Shown: piece after piece, positions 1 through 13,529 of the stretch
How positions within the stretch are numbered: the first letter of the stretch is position 1
Layout of the letters: every line of letters begins with the position of its first letter
Assembly (NCBI RefSeq): GCF_964355755.1
Contig: NC_092677.1
Coordinates: 18,498,101 to 18,562,100, forward strand
Reading direction: 5' to 3'
Length of the DNA: 64,000 nucleotides
Source of the DNA: Antedon mediterranea
Taxonomy: Eukaryota > Animalia > Echinodermata
The notes under the pieces: generated by a model
Database searches by the model: none
The model's input: only the letters and a program-made list of their open reading frames with translations
Told to the model about the DNA's origin: nothing
Program-made: the position numbers and the translations under genes

Positions 1-1006
1 TTTTCAGAAATGTTTTTTTTGTGGATCAATGTTTAATTGCAATTTCGCAGTCACGATCTCATTTTGCAAGACAAATAAAATGCAGAGTGTGCTCCATTAT
101 GTACATTTACTGATTATGAAGATTGGAATATACACGTTGAGAAAATGATTATGACTGTCATGAATAAGACAATTTATTAAGTAGATATTGTATATATTTT
201 ATAACTACAGTATTTTCTTGTTAATACAAAAATATTTTTTTTAAATTTATTTTGTATTTATTCAATTTCTGCCATATACATAAATAAAGAAGACAAAACA
301 ATTATAAAAGGAGGCACGGAAAGACCAAACAGGTGCTAAACACCTATGCTAGTTGGTCAACCCAGAACAGAGAAAATTAAATAAATTACGTTCTACAATA
401 AAAGCATCGACAAGAAAGCGACCAACTACACACATTTTTAATATCAAAATTATTTAAAAAATAAATATTGAGATAATTAATCTTAAACTCGTGTTCATTT
501 AAGTAAATGATTCCGATTTCTATCACAATTAAACATGTTTTTTTAGTGTATTCGCAATTAACAGTCACGATTTCAATTTGACTTAGATATCTCAATCCCA
601 AACGAACGCCACTCTAACATTTTGCTATGGAACACTCATACTGTACATACTACAAACCTTATGGTTTCAATACTGTGATCTTTAAACGGTATTTTTCTTT
701 AAAGTTTTTAAAATTACTTTAAAATGGCTATGCACCATAATACTATGGTATGATTTTTGCGGTTTATGCTTAAAAATACTTTTATTAATTTAATTTATTG
801 TTATAGCATAATACATTAAAACATATCAATGCATTGATAAAAGGTTGAAATGTAAAAGAAAAACAAGTTTAACTCGATGAACTTATATATAGAATATAGA
901 ATTAAGCACTGATGAGATAATAAAGTCTTTCGATTGTGATCAATAAACTCTAATTTAGTGATTTGCAGTAATAATTTAATACGATTTACTTTTGTAGGTA
1001 CCTTAC

Positions 1007-4000
1007 CTCATGTAATCAACTGCCAGTTCAGTTCCTTGTCGAAAAGTCAATACTTTCTCCGCAATCATAAATGTAAGGTTGCGAGTGTCGTTGTAAAACA
1101 GGCTAACATATGTCGACGACGTAAAATTAAGAAATCCAGTAAGATTCTTTCTGTCAAACTGGATGAGCTCATCAAGACTGTTCCAAAACCTAAAGTTCAC
1201 ATCACTATTGCCAGTCAATGCCATAACATTGACAATGTCAGTCTTCACCATTATGCTAATTGCTGATCCCCATTCCGTTGTTATGTTATCAATGTGATTC
1301 AATTCGTAGTATACCTCATTGCATATCGAGCGTACTATGCCTGCTACTATATCTTCCGCCAATTGTGTTAGATACTTTTTGAAACTATTCCCATCCGTAC
1401 TTAAGTAATTCAAAATCTTCTGAACTGCCATGTCAAGTAAAGTGATACCATCAAAACCAGTGTCAATTGATCTCAAAAATTCTTTCCTGAATAATACCAA
1501 GTGAAAAATACATCTAATTTGTCATTAATATCATAATTAATTATATATAATTGTATATAAATCCAAAGGCAAAATTCTGAAAAAAAATGACAATGATGGG
1601 TGTATGTGGCTGGATCTCAATAGAGATAAAAAAAAAGCGAAAGGCTAAATTAAAAGGATAAAATAAAACAGCCAGACTAAGTCTTGAGTAGAGAGCTTGT
1701 TCATCTGTGTTGCTTAATCGAACAACGCGGGACTTAGCGAAACGTATTTGCATTACAAATAATAAGATAGATTTGGCTAAATTTATCAATATCCCAGTTA
1801 ACACATCGAAGAGACAGAACCCGGACATTGGATCTGTTTCTACTAACTGGAGAATGATGCTGGTCTAGGCCTACCCTCATGCAATCATGAATTCAGAAAG
1901 ACACTGAACTGTCACTGATCTTTCAGCACACTGAACCCAGATTTCTGATTTGTAAGCAAGCGTAGATACGTTACGATAATATTGTGTTCTTGTCTCGACA
2001 GTCCACTATTAACTTACCATATCTCATCACCTAATCCACGGGCAGAATATTCATATTTTTTCATGATTTCGAGGGTCAACGGAACTACTGCTGACGGAAA
2101 AACGGAATACGACGATGCGTAACTATATTGTTCTGATGTACATGGGTAAGTACAGGAATTGCATACTTGAAATCTCGACTCAATAAATTTTTCTGAAATA
2201 AAAATAAAACCATTGAACAAATACCTAAATATCGGCTGATTCGTGGATTACTTTCGGTATAATTGAATGATGCTTGGTTGAATTAAGGAAAGCGAAGTAT
2301 TTACTTTAGAGGATATCGTTTATTTTGACTATGTTAGTGAATTGGTAGATTAATTATCAGGCATGTTTATTTAGTTAGTTGATTGATTGATTGATTGGTA
2401 GATAATCATAGATATAATATTTACCATACTCCACTTGGTAACAATTTGTTAGTGCAAACGGACTACAAAGAGAATAATTATTTTCTGAAAGAGAAAACAG
2501 GTATAATTATAAATGCAAACGAAGTTATAAAGAATACTTCATTTTTCACGCTGCTGCTCTAGCCCGCTACGTCCCATTAGGACTACTCAATCAGAAGCTA
2601 AAGCAAGCAGCAGTTATAGTTCTAAGGACAGACAGTAAAATAACTATTATGTGACAATAAAATGACACATTCAAAAACATTTGTAATAAAAAATATTTTT
2701 CAATAAGCGAGCAGCGTTTTTTGTAAGAAATATTTCTTGTTCTAATTATAGAAGATTCAAATTTCAAGCCGTCGTTACTCTGAATGAATACAGTGAATGA
2801 AAACAAAAACGTTGTCCTACTCGAGGTATAGTATGTCTTGCAATGGCAACGTCGATACATTTCTTCAGCTTCGCAGTCAAGAAAGCATTTAGATTGAGAA
2901 TAGTTCATATCTGGATTACAGTCATTCGATCGCTCTAGTATTGTTTTCTGAAATTCAAAATTTAGAAAATGGATAATGCTGTGACAAAACTCAGGAATTA
3001 AGAAAGCATTGTTATTTACAAGATCTCCAAATATAATGTCGATTGGCCCCGTGGTTGAGGCAAGAGGAACAATTGAACATTTTCCAATGCTCCCCTCAGC
3101 CATGATTCCGGTAGAAAACAGATCTTCTTGGATAAAAACTTAAAGTGGAGGTCCAGTATACACATGTGGTTCATGGTAGAGGTGGTTACATCGTGTCCAA
3201 TTCATAAAAAAAAAAAAAATCTTTACAGGACAATTGGTGGCACCAGAGGAACTATTTGAAGTTTAATATGCTATTTAACACATGGGTTTACTAATCAGAG
3301 GTATGCATTGTCAGTAACTAAGTGGACCAGAAAGTACACGATCACACAAAGTAGAATAGAAATGCAGATGTAAGGCCATAAATACTTTAAAACTTAACAA
3401 AGATGAGGAATGAGAAATGAAAGAGCAATGATGATAATTATAATCACAATCTCGATAAAACGGAAATGTCAATAAAAAATGAGGGATAAATAAAGAATGA
3501 TTAGGCCTACTACTAATTAATTATTTAAACAAAATGAAGCATGGGTATACCTTGTGTTTTGTTATGGCTATGGCCGAATGCATTCCAGGAGCCAATTGGA
3601 TCCTTGTTGCGGTCTGACAGTCCGGTAACACGTTCAGTGGATGAATCATAACGGCAAAGCCGATGCTTTCTCGTGGGGCAGAAACATATTGGGCTGCTTG
3701 AGCATTTAGTATTAACTTTAAACCATGCCCAGCACCTGATGAAATAATTACAAATACGTCAGAATATTCCCTAATAATAAGGCCTAACAAACCTAGTATT
3801 TTCTCTCAAATATTAATTGTAAAGCTCTTAAATACATGCTAATTTATTTCGTCCTTCTTCGAGAACGGATTCTAATGTGAACAACACAAGATTATGCATA
3901 GTCGATTGAATCAACACTTCACATTCACTATGCCTGTATTAGTGTAGGCTGGTATGTCGTTTATATGAATGTCGTGTATATTTTTTGTTAAAAGCAAACT

Positions 4001-7000
4001 TTGACTTTATTTCATATCTTGATAATATAAGGAATGAAAAAAAATATGTTGCCATTTTTTCAAAAGACATTTAAAGGACCAAATTCAAGATGGCCGCCAA
4101 CATTCAAATAACCCTATTAAAAATCAGAATATCACCAATAATACAAATTATGAATGTGGAACAAGTCTGTTTTGATGGTATTACTGTACCCATTATACAA
4201 TACTAACTATGTAAAGCGATAATCTGTCGGCCATCTTGGATTTCAAAATGGCCACCACTAAAAATTAAATTCTTTAAATAATTTTTTTTAAATATGTGTG
4301 CATAAATTGTTGTTTGTACACAATGTTCTAAAATTGTCACTTCTCACAGGATTGTAAATTGTAAATATAAGGCTGTCTAAGGTTGTCAATGTCCTCTATA
4401 TAACAGATATATAATACCCCACTATGACTATTAGATTAAATAATCGTTCAAAGTTGGAGTTGCAAAAGTATGGAACAACTTAACAATTTATATCAAATAT
4501 TCAACAACAATTACGTCTAACTAGAGGGTTAGACCTCTAGTTCGCTTGCTCCCCTCTCGGAAGTGTAAACGAAGGTTCTCGGAATGATGACTCGGGTAAA
4601 AAGGTTTTAGAAGGACGTTCTCCTTGTACGTTTTCTGTCGGTTACCATTATTGAAAATGCTTGGCATTCGAAAAACTAAACCTACTCTGTTTCACAGTGT
4701 CTTAGATGATTAATAACATTTTAAAGTATAGTGTTTATTGTTTTATAGGGCGGAGGTGGGGAGGCAGAGTTCATTTGAGGGAGATGCTTATTCGAGGTAT
4801 TTTTTAGTTTTAATAAGAAGGAAGATGTTTTAGACGGCTTGCAATATGGGCCCTAATGGGACACAGATAGCCTGCAGTTATTCCTGCCAGCTTACTCAAT
4901 AAAACTCGGCTATCGGGATTTTATTTTTTAACTACTGTACCTTCACACGCGCGGTCCGATCCGAAAATAAACAAAAAACTAAAATAGCAAGGTGAAGCTG
5001 TGAACTAATCGTGAACTCGGAAATTACTTTGACCGCGTACAATTGAAATTGACTTGAAAATCTACCGATGAATCAGAAATTTTGTTTTAAAACTCTTTAT
5101 AATATATTATATTCCTAAGATAGAAATATGGAACAAAATCGTAATAGTGAAAACTGTTTTACATTTCGCGGTACACCTAAGATAGTTCAGGTAGGTATCC
5201 AAGGCAGAAATTTGTTTCAAAGTTTTTCCATTGTGCTCGCCTATGTCAGAATTAACCATAATTTATATATAGATTCTAAATTACAGATCTCATTTCTTTT
5301 CATGAAACTGAAACTTGACAGGAGACAGGACCACAATATAAACATTTATACTTTATTGTGAAATCCTGTATAAATATGTTAAATAATAAATGCGTTATTG
5401 CTATGTAATTCAATGTCTGAACCTTCAGGGCCATAGTCACCAGTATGGTTGGTAAGTTTTCAACCTGTCAACTTTTGGCAGAAGCTTGAAGGAAATACAG
5501 ATACAGCTCTGCCTATAAATAACCTTGTAAATGAATGAACTCTTACTTCTCATCTTCTACAATCTCAACCAATTTCATTAGATATGTACCCCCTACAGAC
5601 AGACCAGCATTATACACTGGTTTGATGAGTGAACATGGTTGTGGTATAAAAACTCATGTACTAGGGAAAGACAAGAATGCTTGGTGATGACTCTTGCCCG
5701 AGATGAGTTGAGGTGGACAGAGATGACATCAAAAAGCAATTATTATGTCGACCCGGTGAACTATATGGCTTTTGGACATGTATCATTGTGAAAATAGTGT
5801 TGAGGCAAGTGCTTTCGTGTTGAAACTGAACTTGTATTACCTATACAACCAGTGACACAAATATCTTAAATGGAAAACATCTCTAAAGGACAGAAGCACA
5901 CTAATTCTGCTTTCTCTCTACAACTTGCTTCTACAAATGCAGACAGAGAAAGAGATTCTAAGTTAAGTATCATTTTGTTTGAATGAGGCTGATCATAAAG
6001 ATATTAACTTGAATACAGAGAGTCGACGAAATCTAAATGATGTGGTTAAACTATATCCCTATATATGTATATGAGAGGACATGTATATGTGGGACTTGCT
6101 GGATTTACATCTATTTATCAGGGTCATTGAGCGTGGTATCATTGGAATAACACAAATTAATGATTTCATCAGAGTTGGCAAATCTAGTTAACATTTAAAG
6201 AGAGATGATATCCCGATTAATGAAGAATGCTGCAATTCGCACAAAGGTTGGCCATGGCATGATGAAATTGGACAGGAAATGTTTGAGGCATTGGTAAAAG
6301 TCTTGTAGAAGGCAAACTGTCTATATGGGATCCTAAGAAAAAGACGAATATTGGCAAAAAAAATATATATGACGGTGAATACAGGTGACAAACTGATCAA
6401 AGTAAAAGAGGACTCCTATAGAGATTATTTGCCGGTGAAATGAGATATTTCAGTTATTTTTCCAATTTGTTTCTGAACAAGGTTGTTGGGAACGCAGATC
6501 AGTCTGTGGAAGTTTGATGGATACAGTAGTAGAGAACGAAGGAAGGTCAACTTACTGTATCGCATTCAAGATTAGAAATATTTCATTGAAGGACTTTGGC
6601 AGAGTTAGTTTAGTTGTCATTTAACTGAAGAAGTTTATGAGATGTTTTAATATGAAGAAGTGTACTGTCAGTACTGTAGACCTCCTGATGGTCAACATGT
6701 TGTGTTAATCACCATGTTGTTGTTATAAGCATATCATTTTGTGTATTTCAATCTAATTTTATTTAACTTATACAAGTTTTAAGAAATTTAACCCATTTTT
6801 AAAAAATGGCGGCCATTTTAAAATTCAAAATGGCCGCCATTTTGTGTTAATCACCAATGTTGTTGTCATAGGCCTATCATTTTATGTGATTTCAATCAAC
6901 GTCATAACTTGCACATGTTTTAATAAGAAATTTAATCCATTTTTTAAAAATGGCGGCCATTTTGAAATTCAAAATGTCAGAATACTAATGAATATAGATT

Positions 7001-10000
7001 TATAATAATTCTTATATAGCAGAGAACCCATATGAACTTAAAATATTATTCATAATGGGTGTTACTTTGCCCAATATGGTACATTTATTGGATATTTTAC
7101 GTATTGGCGGCCATCTTGGATTTGACACCCTTAAGCTTTTAAAAAAAAATGGCAACATATTTTTTTCATTACTTTACATCCTAAAGACACTAAATCAGCT
7201 GGAATTTTGCTTTTAACAAAAAAAATTACACGAAATTACATTGTGGCCTACACTATATATACAGTAATGCAATTTCTGACAATCAAGCTTTATTGTTTGG
7301 TAAATGATGATAAGTGAAGTCTATTACACAACTTGTAATGTTAATTGAAATTCGATATTTATTAAAGTGCAATGCCAAGATCCAGTAGCTTGTCACAATT
7401 GTCACATGACAGTCACAGAATCAATAGCTAATTATAGTACTGTATTAAAGTCTGACAATTTACATTCGAAAACACGGGTACCCTTATTAGGCCTAAATCT
7501 AAAACGGACTTTCAGTATGAATGAGTAAACCGATGTATAGTACGGTACTTTTTAAAATTTGTTTTATTGTATAGTATAGTACCTACCATAGTGCATGCAG
7601 ACAAATGAGAATCATAGAGAACATTCATAGAGAATTTCTAAGATCAGTTTTTTTTTAATTTAATACATTTTTACATGTATTCATACATTTTCTTACGATT
7701 TATAATTTTTGTATTGTAAAATTTTACGGTTTCAGCCTTCTGGCTATTGGTGGCATTGTCTTTTTTGACAAGGTTTTGTTTTATGTACAGTGTTTTCATG
7801 ATTTTAATTCTTCTTATAATATTTAGTTAAGTTAAGTCACTATAGTAAGAGGGCAGTAATAATATTGTTTATCAATTTCGCCCAAAATATAATAAAAGTA
7901 AAATAATAGCATACCGACAAAGAAAATAATTATAATACAAAATAAAAACACGTTGTTAGTATTTAGACAAACTGATTAAAATATAAAAATACAGATTCGG
8001 TGTACAATAAACGAAATAAAATTCAAACATGATAGTTCAATATAATAAAAAATAACTCACCTCTATCTTTGATCCATCGCTGATCAGACTCGTCCACAGT
8101 AAATTGAAAACAGAACCCGTAACTTGTTATAACGGGCTTAAAATTGCTTAAATTGCACTCTTTATTTTTAAATCGACACCTAGAATTCGTATAGTTTGTG
8201 TTATTCTTAAGGCCAAATCAGAGAGCATCGTACGATGACGCCCGACAAAACGTCTTGACTCGTCGGCGCTGTCTGAGATGAATCTTGTCGTCGTGAGAAC
8301 TTTAAACATGTTTAATTTTCTCACGATTACGACTCGTCTTAAGTGAACGGTTTGTCGGGCCTCGTCGTACGACGATGTCAGAGTTGGCCTAGGTATATTA
8401 AAACAAATAGGGTAGATAATCTAGCATTTTAAGAGAAACAAATTGCAAAGATTTTTCTTTTTTAAATGATCACATAGTGATTCATTCACAAATGGTCACA
8501 TAGTGATGCGGAGATAACAAATTAAGCATCACACCTCTGTCACTCATCTTAGCTCAAATTAGATTAGATATGCAAATTAGGGTGAAATTACAGGATTTTA
8601 TCACAGATTTGTTCAGAATGTACATATTTGTATTTGCATTCTGAATAAATCAACTCTCTCTGAGATATAGTAACGCTGTAATTTCACCCTAATTTGCATA
8701 TTTAAGTTAATTTGCATATCATCGGGATGATTGACAGATGTATAGTGTGACGCTCAACTTTTTAATCTCCTCATCATATGTGACCGGCCATTTAAAAACG
8801 AAAAGTCCCTGTTTGCAATTTGATTCACTTTGGGCTTTTTTTTAAAAGACATATTGCATAGCCTAAAAGACAAATAGTAAATTATATTTTATATCATAAA
8901 CCTCTTAAAATACCTGTGCTTTTCTATGACATTTTATACAATAATTTATTAAAAATTATAGTATAAAATAAAGTATGTAAGGTCCAATTTGGTAACTTTA
9001 TGTCCCTAGCAAGTCTAGGGACCAATTTGGCTAATCTTTTTGGTTACAAGTAATAGATATTCCAGGTGGCTCACTTTGGAGCTGGACCTTAGCCTTGAAG
9101 GCCATTTGTAGTTGAAAAGCCATGCAAGGTGGATGTATATTATTGCAATGAAGTAATAGCTATGTTAAACTATAGTATGCGGCAATATAGGCTATATGTT
9201 CTGGTACAAAGTAGTTAGCACAATCTTTGGTGAGTTTTAAGTTTATATTACCTTTATTGATGGATTGATACACATAATAAACAAACCGATTCAGTCAAAG
9301 CTAAATTGTTTATTAAAATGTCTTAGTATTTTAGGCCTTCTTTGATGTTAATTAACCAATCAATTAGTATTTCATGTCACTCATTGGTGTTTGTTGTACC
9401 ATGGTTGTTTGTTTTTTTATAATTTGATCACTTGATCTTGAAAATGGTCCATGATGGTTCCGAAACGTCGATCTTCTTGTTTTTTTGTCATTAAATTTTA
9501 TTGTAAAGTTATATAGTAAGCGTCTATTAATTCGTGATTTATACTGTATTTATGTTTATGGTGGTTGAGCCATTTGGGCCACACCTTAATTTGCTATTGG
9601 CTATAAGTATACTCATCTGTTATATATTTAAACTGTCTTTGGTTTTATTCTAGCCTGAACTACTTGGTGTTTAATTATTTGAGAGATTATCATTGTTTAA
9701 TTTGTATAACTTTACTAGTATCATTTGCTATTGTCTTATTACTGTACTCATAGGAGATATTTTGTTGTTTCAGTTAATCGGTTTATGAATGGATGACAAT
9801 AAAGATTCGCATTAAAGGTGTGCATAAAATTAGAGTGATTTGGCCAGAACAAAGAATTATGAATAATCTGATTTTTAATCAACATAATATATTACGGGAA
9901 TAAATAAATAATTCGGTTTATGTTTACTTACATTACTAGCATATCTTTAATTTCATGTGCGTTATTTGTAATAAATTCTGTGAGGTTGTCACTTGTCAAG

Positions 10001-11461
10001 TAGTTAGAACGATTGCCTGTAAACACATTGTAAACCTGTGTGTCGGTTTCTGTAAGTCCAGACTCGGGAATCAATAAACGAAGTGAGTAAACTCCTTCAT
10101 TAACGAAGTATAATATGCCACCATATTCTTTGGAAATTTTGTCAAAACTGAAAAAAAAAATCGTATGCCGTACATTAGTCCAACCCCGGTGGCTAAATGT
10201 GACATCAATTATTCACAACACAAAAAATAAATAAGAAAAGTGCATGCATTACAAATAAACTTTAATCACTATTACTAAATTCTCAAATTCGTCTTCTCCT
10301 ATTTCAAATTGTTGTATCTGTATTTTCGCCACCAGATTTGAATGTGGAAGGTTAGACCAGCAAACATCTTTATAGCTTCGGAGGAGAATAATACTCTCTT
10401 TCAACTTTTAATTTAGTTTTAGAAGAGTTTAGTGAGGTATTTTAATGTTTGTTTTGCGATTGATTATTCCTTAAGGTTCAACTTACTGTAGAACTGACAG
10501 ATTTATAACATAGGCCCTAATTGTTACCCACTAGCCTCGTTTTGGGATACTTTTGTATTTTTACTTACGCAAACATGTTCTTGTTGCAAATGGTGATTCC
10601 TGGAAATTCAAGCTGCTTTTCAATCCGATATTCAACTTTTGTATTAGTTGGTCGACTTATAAACTTGGTAACACATTTATAAAGCTGGAAATGTAGTCCA
10701 ACAAAGGCACATCCAATAAGGAAAATCCAAACCAACCTAATCAAAATGATAGACAAATATATATTTTTTTAATGTCAATACATTCCTATACATACCGGTG
10801 GACATTTTAAGCAGTCAAATTTATTTTCTATTTAAGCAAAGATGCCTCCATAAATAGAGAGAATGAAACATTAAAATTAGAATAAAAAGAACAATACAAG
10901 ATTACAATCAATGTCCTAGCAGCATGAAGAGTGACATTCAGTCTTCTCTAGTCCTAGTTAAAAGCAATTTCTATAGAAAATAATGAATTAACAGATCATT
11001 TTAAATTACTTAATCTCCCTCTCTCTCCACTCTCCCTCTCACATGTTTGCTTATTGTTAGGCCTAAATCAAAGTTTCTTCCATACAAATACTTTTAGGAT
11101 AATTATGTATATACTAGTTGTAATACATATTTGCTATATTTTATTTTTCTAAGGTTACATATTCGCTTAAAAGTATGGTTCTTTATTTGGCACGCGTTTT
11201 TATAATTTGCCTCTTGTAATAAATTTAGTTTCTTAAACTGAATGATATGCCTTTACAAATTGATTAAAATCATTGGAAATTTAAAAATCTATGCGAGTTT
11301 TATTTCTTATATGAAATGTAAGTACCTTATTGCATGCCTTACCTTCTAACTTTAGATGTTCCTTTGATTAGGTGTTTTACCCCATGAAAATTAGTATTGT
11401 CACCAAACTCATTGACATTATTTTTCCAAAAAGTACCCGCGGAATTCACCTGCGTATCCAT
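1007..11461 (-). CDS. DEG/ENaC (ASIC-superfamily) sodium channel subunit, paralog A; exons 1-9, last two exons outside the window
   Basis: Manually spliced GT-AG exons: 11461-11343, 10736-10569, 10147-9932, 8179-8061, 3735-3551, 2947-2821, 2484-2425, 2192-2018, 1486-1007; phases are consistent. Motifs: N-terminal TNFHG (HG gating motif), TM1 LVWIFLIGCAFVGL, FPGITICNKN, CRFKNKEC, SYGFCFQF, GHGLKLILN, and a 10-Cys thumb. Confidence 0.93.
2542..2741 (-). repeat. Internally deleted copy of an interspersed MITE-like repeat (longer copy at ~32992-33592)
   Basis: CACGCTGCTGCTCTAGCCCGCTACGTC and CAATAAGCGAGCAGCGTTTTTTGTAAGAAATATTTCTTG are reverse complements of segments at ~33560-33590 and ~32992-33032. 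Confidence 0.7.
3940..7255 (+). mobile_element. Academ-type DNA transposon (degenerate, internally deleted) in intron 4 of gene A
   Basis: Termini TAGTGTAGGC...GCCTACACTA, 3-bp TSD TAT, long imperfect TIRs with repeated AAAATGGCGGCCAT motifs, and decayed plus-strand coding remnants (e.g. LVEGKLSIWDP..KRR, KLIKVKED). TAG ends with a 3-4 bp TSD match the Academ superfamily. Confidence 0.65.
4521..5273 (-). mobile_element. Non-autonomous Helitron family 1, copy 1 (nested in the Academ element)
   Basis: Minus strand: A|TCTATATATAAATTATGG... to ...CTCTAG|T; no TSD; homologous to copies at 14488, 18268 and 39836. Confidence 0.8.
8211..8389. mobile_element. MITE with GGCC termini (PIF/Harbinger-like)
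   Basis: Imperfect TIRs GGCCAAATCAGAGAGCATCGTACGATGACG / CCTCGTCGTACGACGATGTCAGAGTTGGCC; flanks TAA and TAG. Confidence 0.55.
8435..8825. mobile_element. Palindromic MITE-like element
   Basis: Nested inverted repeats such as ATATGCAAATTAGGGTGAAATTACAG / CTGTAATTTCACCCTAATTTGCATAT and CAAATTGCAAA / TTTGCAATTTG. Confidence 0.55.
8976..9590 (+). repeat. Interspersed repeat, possibly a solo LTR; second partial copy at ~52239-52373
   Basis: TGTAAGGTCCAATTTGGTAACTTT...GGTTACAAGTAATAGATATTCCAGGTGGCTCACTTTG recurs at 52.24 kb. It starts TGTAAGG and ends near CCTTAA; no TSD found. Confidence 0.45.
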
Positions 11462-11515
11462 TGCCAGTCTAATGCAAGTTAAGTAGCAGAATCAGCAACC
11501 TAAATGACGTTTATT

Positions 11516-11545
11516 AAATCAATATCGGCAGAGGTTTAATATAAA
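11516..11545 (-). promoter_or_regulatory. Conserved upstream bipartite motif (TATA-like plus AAATCAATA) of gene A
   Basis: AAATCAATA-N9/10-GTTTAAT (plus strand) lies 55-73 bp upstream of the ATG in all three paralogs (also at 32095-32120 and 50926-50956). Confidence 0.45.
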
Positions 11546-11813
11546 TAGAATTAGAACTTGACAGGAGCCTGTAAAAGTGTGATATTTGTTTCCATAGTCG
11601 TTTCCTATTCAGCGCTGTCTTGGGTTTGTTGTGAAAACCAACAATCTATTTGATTTCGCAAACGTTTCCATATTGATTATATTAATTGCTTCTGAATACA
11701 ATGGCTCTTGTTGACATTGTAAAATGATTATCTCATCGTCTCAACTAAATTGATGTATTCCATGGTTCAATATTACAATATTTATACTGTATTATGTCAG
11801 GACACATAATATA

Positions 11814-12140
11814 AGTGGAGTTGTGGCTTGGTGGTTATGGAGTGGAGTTGTGGCTTGGTGGTTATGGAGTGGAGTTGTGGCTTGGTGGTTATGATGCTTG
11901 GCTACTAATCTAAGGGTCCTGGGTTCAAGTCCTGTCATATGTCAGGATTTTTTCTCATGGCAATTTGCAACCCCACTCTCAAAGACTTGTAATAAGTCTT
12001 TGTTTATGTAGAGCATCTTGTATATATGTTTGTCGTGTGAACAGGAGAGCCACCTTCTAGAGAAGGACAGTGATTGAGTTAACTTGTGGTTATCCTTGGC
12101 AATTTGCCTAAAATTGAATAATAAAAAAAAATAATAATGA
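11814..12140 (+). mobile_element. tRNA-derived SINE with a triplicated 27-bp 5' (A-box) unit
   Basis: (GAGTGGAGTTGTGGCTTGGTGGTTATG)x3, B box GGTTCAAGTCC, A-rich tail. Confidence 0.7.
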
Positions 12141-13529
12141 TAAGAAATAAAAACAGTACATCTGAAGCAATTGCTTCTTAAAGTTGGTGAATTTGGACAA
12201 TTATTACAATATTTTTTGTTATTTAAATAAATTTAGCAAATCCTGTCAGAATTTGTAAACATTGGGTTAACTGGGGTTAATTAATTAGTGACTTTTTTGT
12301 AAACTGTCTCGCGTAAATTTACCAGGTTGGTTGCTAATCCTCGCTCATTATTGTATTTAATTTATATTTAAAAAAAGATACTGAGTTTGTTTGTTCATTG
12401 GTTCTATAAATAAAACCTGATTAGGCCTATCTTTTATTCATTTTTTAAGAATAGGGAAGGCGATATTTTGATTAATCTAGAACATTTACACGGGTTGGTA
12501 TTTTGCAGCGTAAATGTAAACGTATCCGGACACGACACGGGTATAAAATGGGTATTACCCGAGTACTTCAGCGACCCGGGTAACTTTTTACATCGTTAAC
12601 ACCGGCCTACATTTCTACGTCCCATGTACGACTCGGGTTATACAATTACGGATCAACTCCGAATTTTTGCTGGCGGAATAAAGACAGTATGACTTAAACA
12701 ATAAAATAAAATGTATTGTCCCTTTGACTAATTAAAAAAAAAATAATTTAATATTTCGAAAAAAAAGTGGGTCATTTTGAAGTATCATAATAGTCTTTCA
12801 CAAAAAATTAGTCGAAAAGAAAATCATTTAACTGAAATACAGACATTTTTTTTTGTTCAAAAAATAACTTTGACTTCCAGTCAAAGTTTTCGATCAAAAC
12901 ATATCTCATAATTCAACGCACTTGTTTGGCTACTCTGTATGCATAATCATAAAACTTCCTTGCGATCTGTGTGAAAAAAACCTTCTCAAACAATCCTAAT
13001 TAGCATCATGCACACATACTCATGGTTTGAAATCTTTGTTTACTTTTGCTCGCGACGATTTTCCAGCAAAATGTAATCAAATTAATTTACCGGTTAATTA
13101 CGTAAACTTGTCGTTTTTGGCTCAATATCAATCATGCAGAGGTAATTCTCTACGCATGTAATTATCTATGCATCTATGTAAATGATCTATCTCTAGTATC
13201 ATTACTAATTACTTCGTTTCGTTTGGTAAAATTTATTTGACCAATTATAAACATAATGATAATAATAATTGTCAATAATAACAACATAAATAATAATACA
13301 TTTGGATAAAATAAAATGTTCTTATCGGTCTGGATCGTAATTAGAAGTTCAATGAACTTTCTCAAAATGACACAGGGACGGATACAATATAATACTAATT
13401 TGATGTTTATGTGATTGACGTATAATTCAACGAATGAATAAAAAAAGATTTAATAAAAAGAATTTTTGCGCAAAAACTATAACCTCAATAATATTAATTA
13501 TACTTAGATAAAATGTGACGTTTAACATA

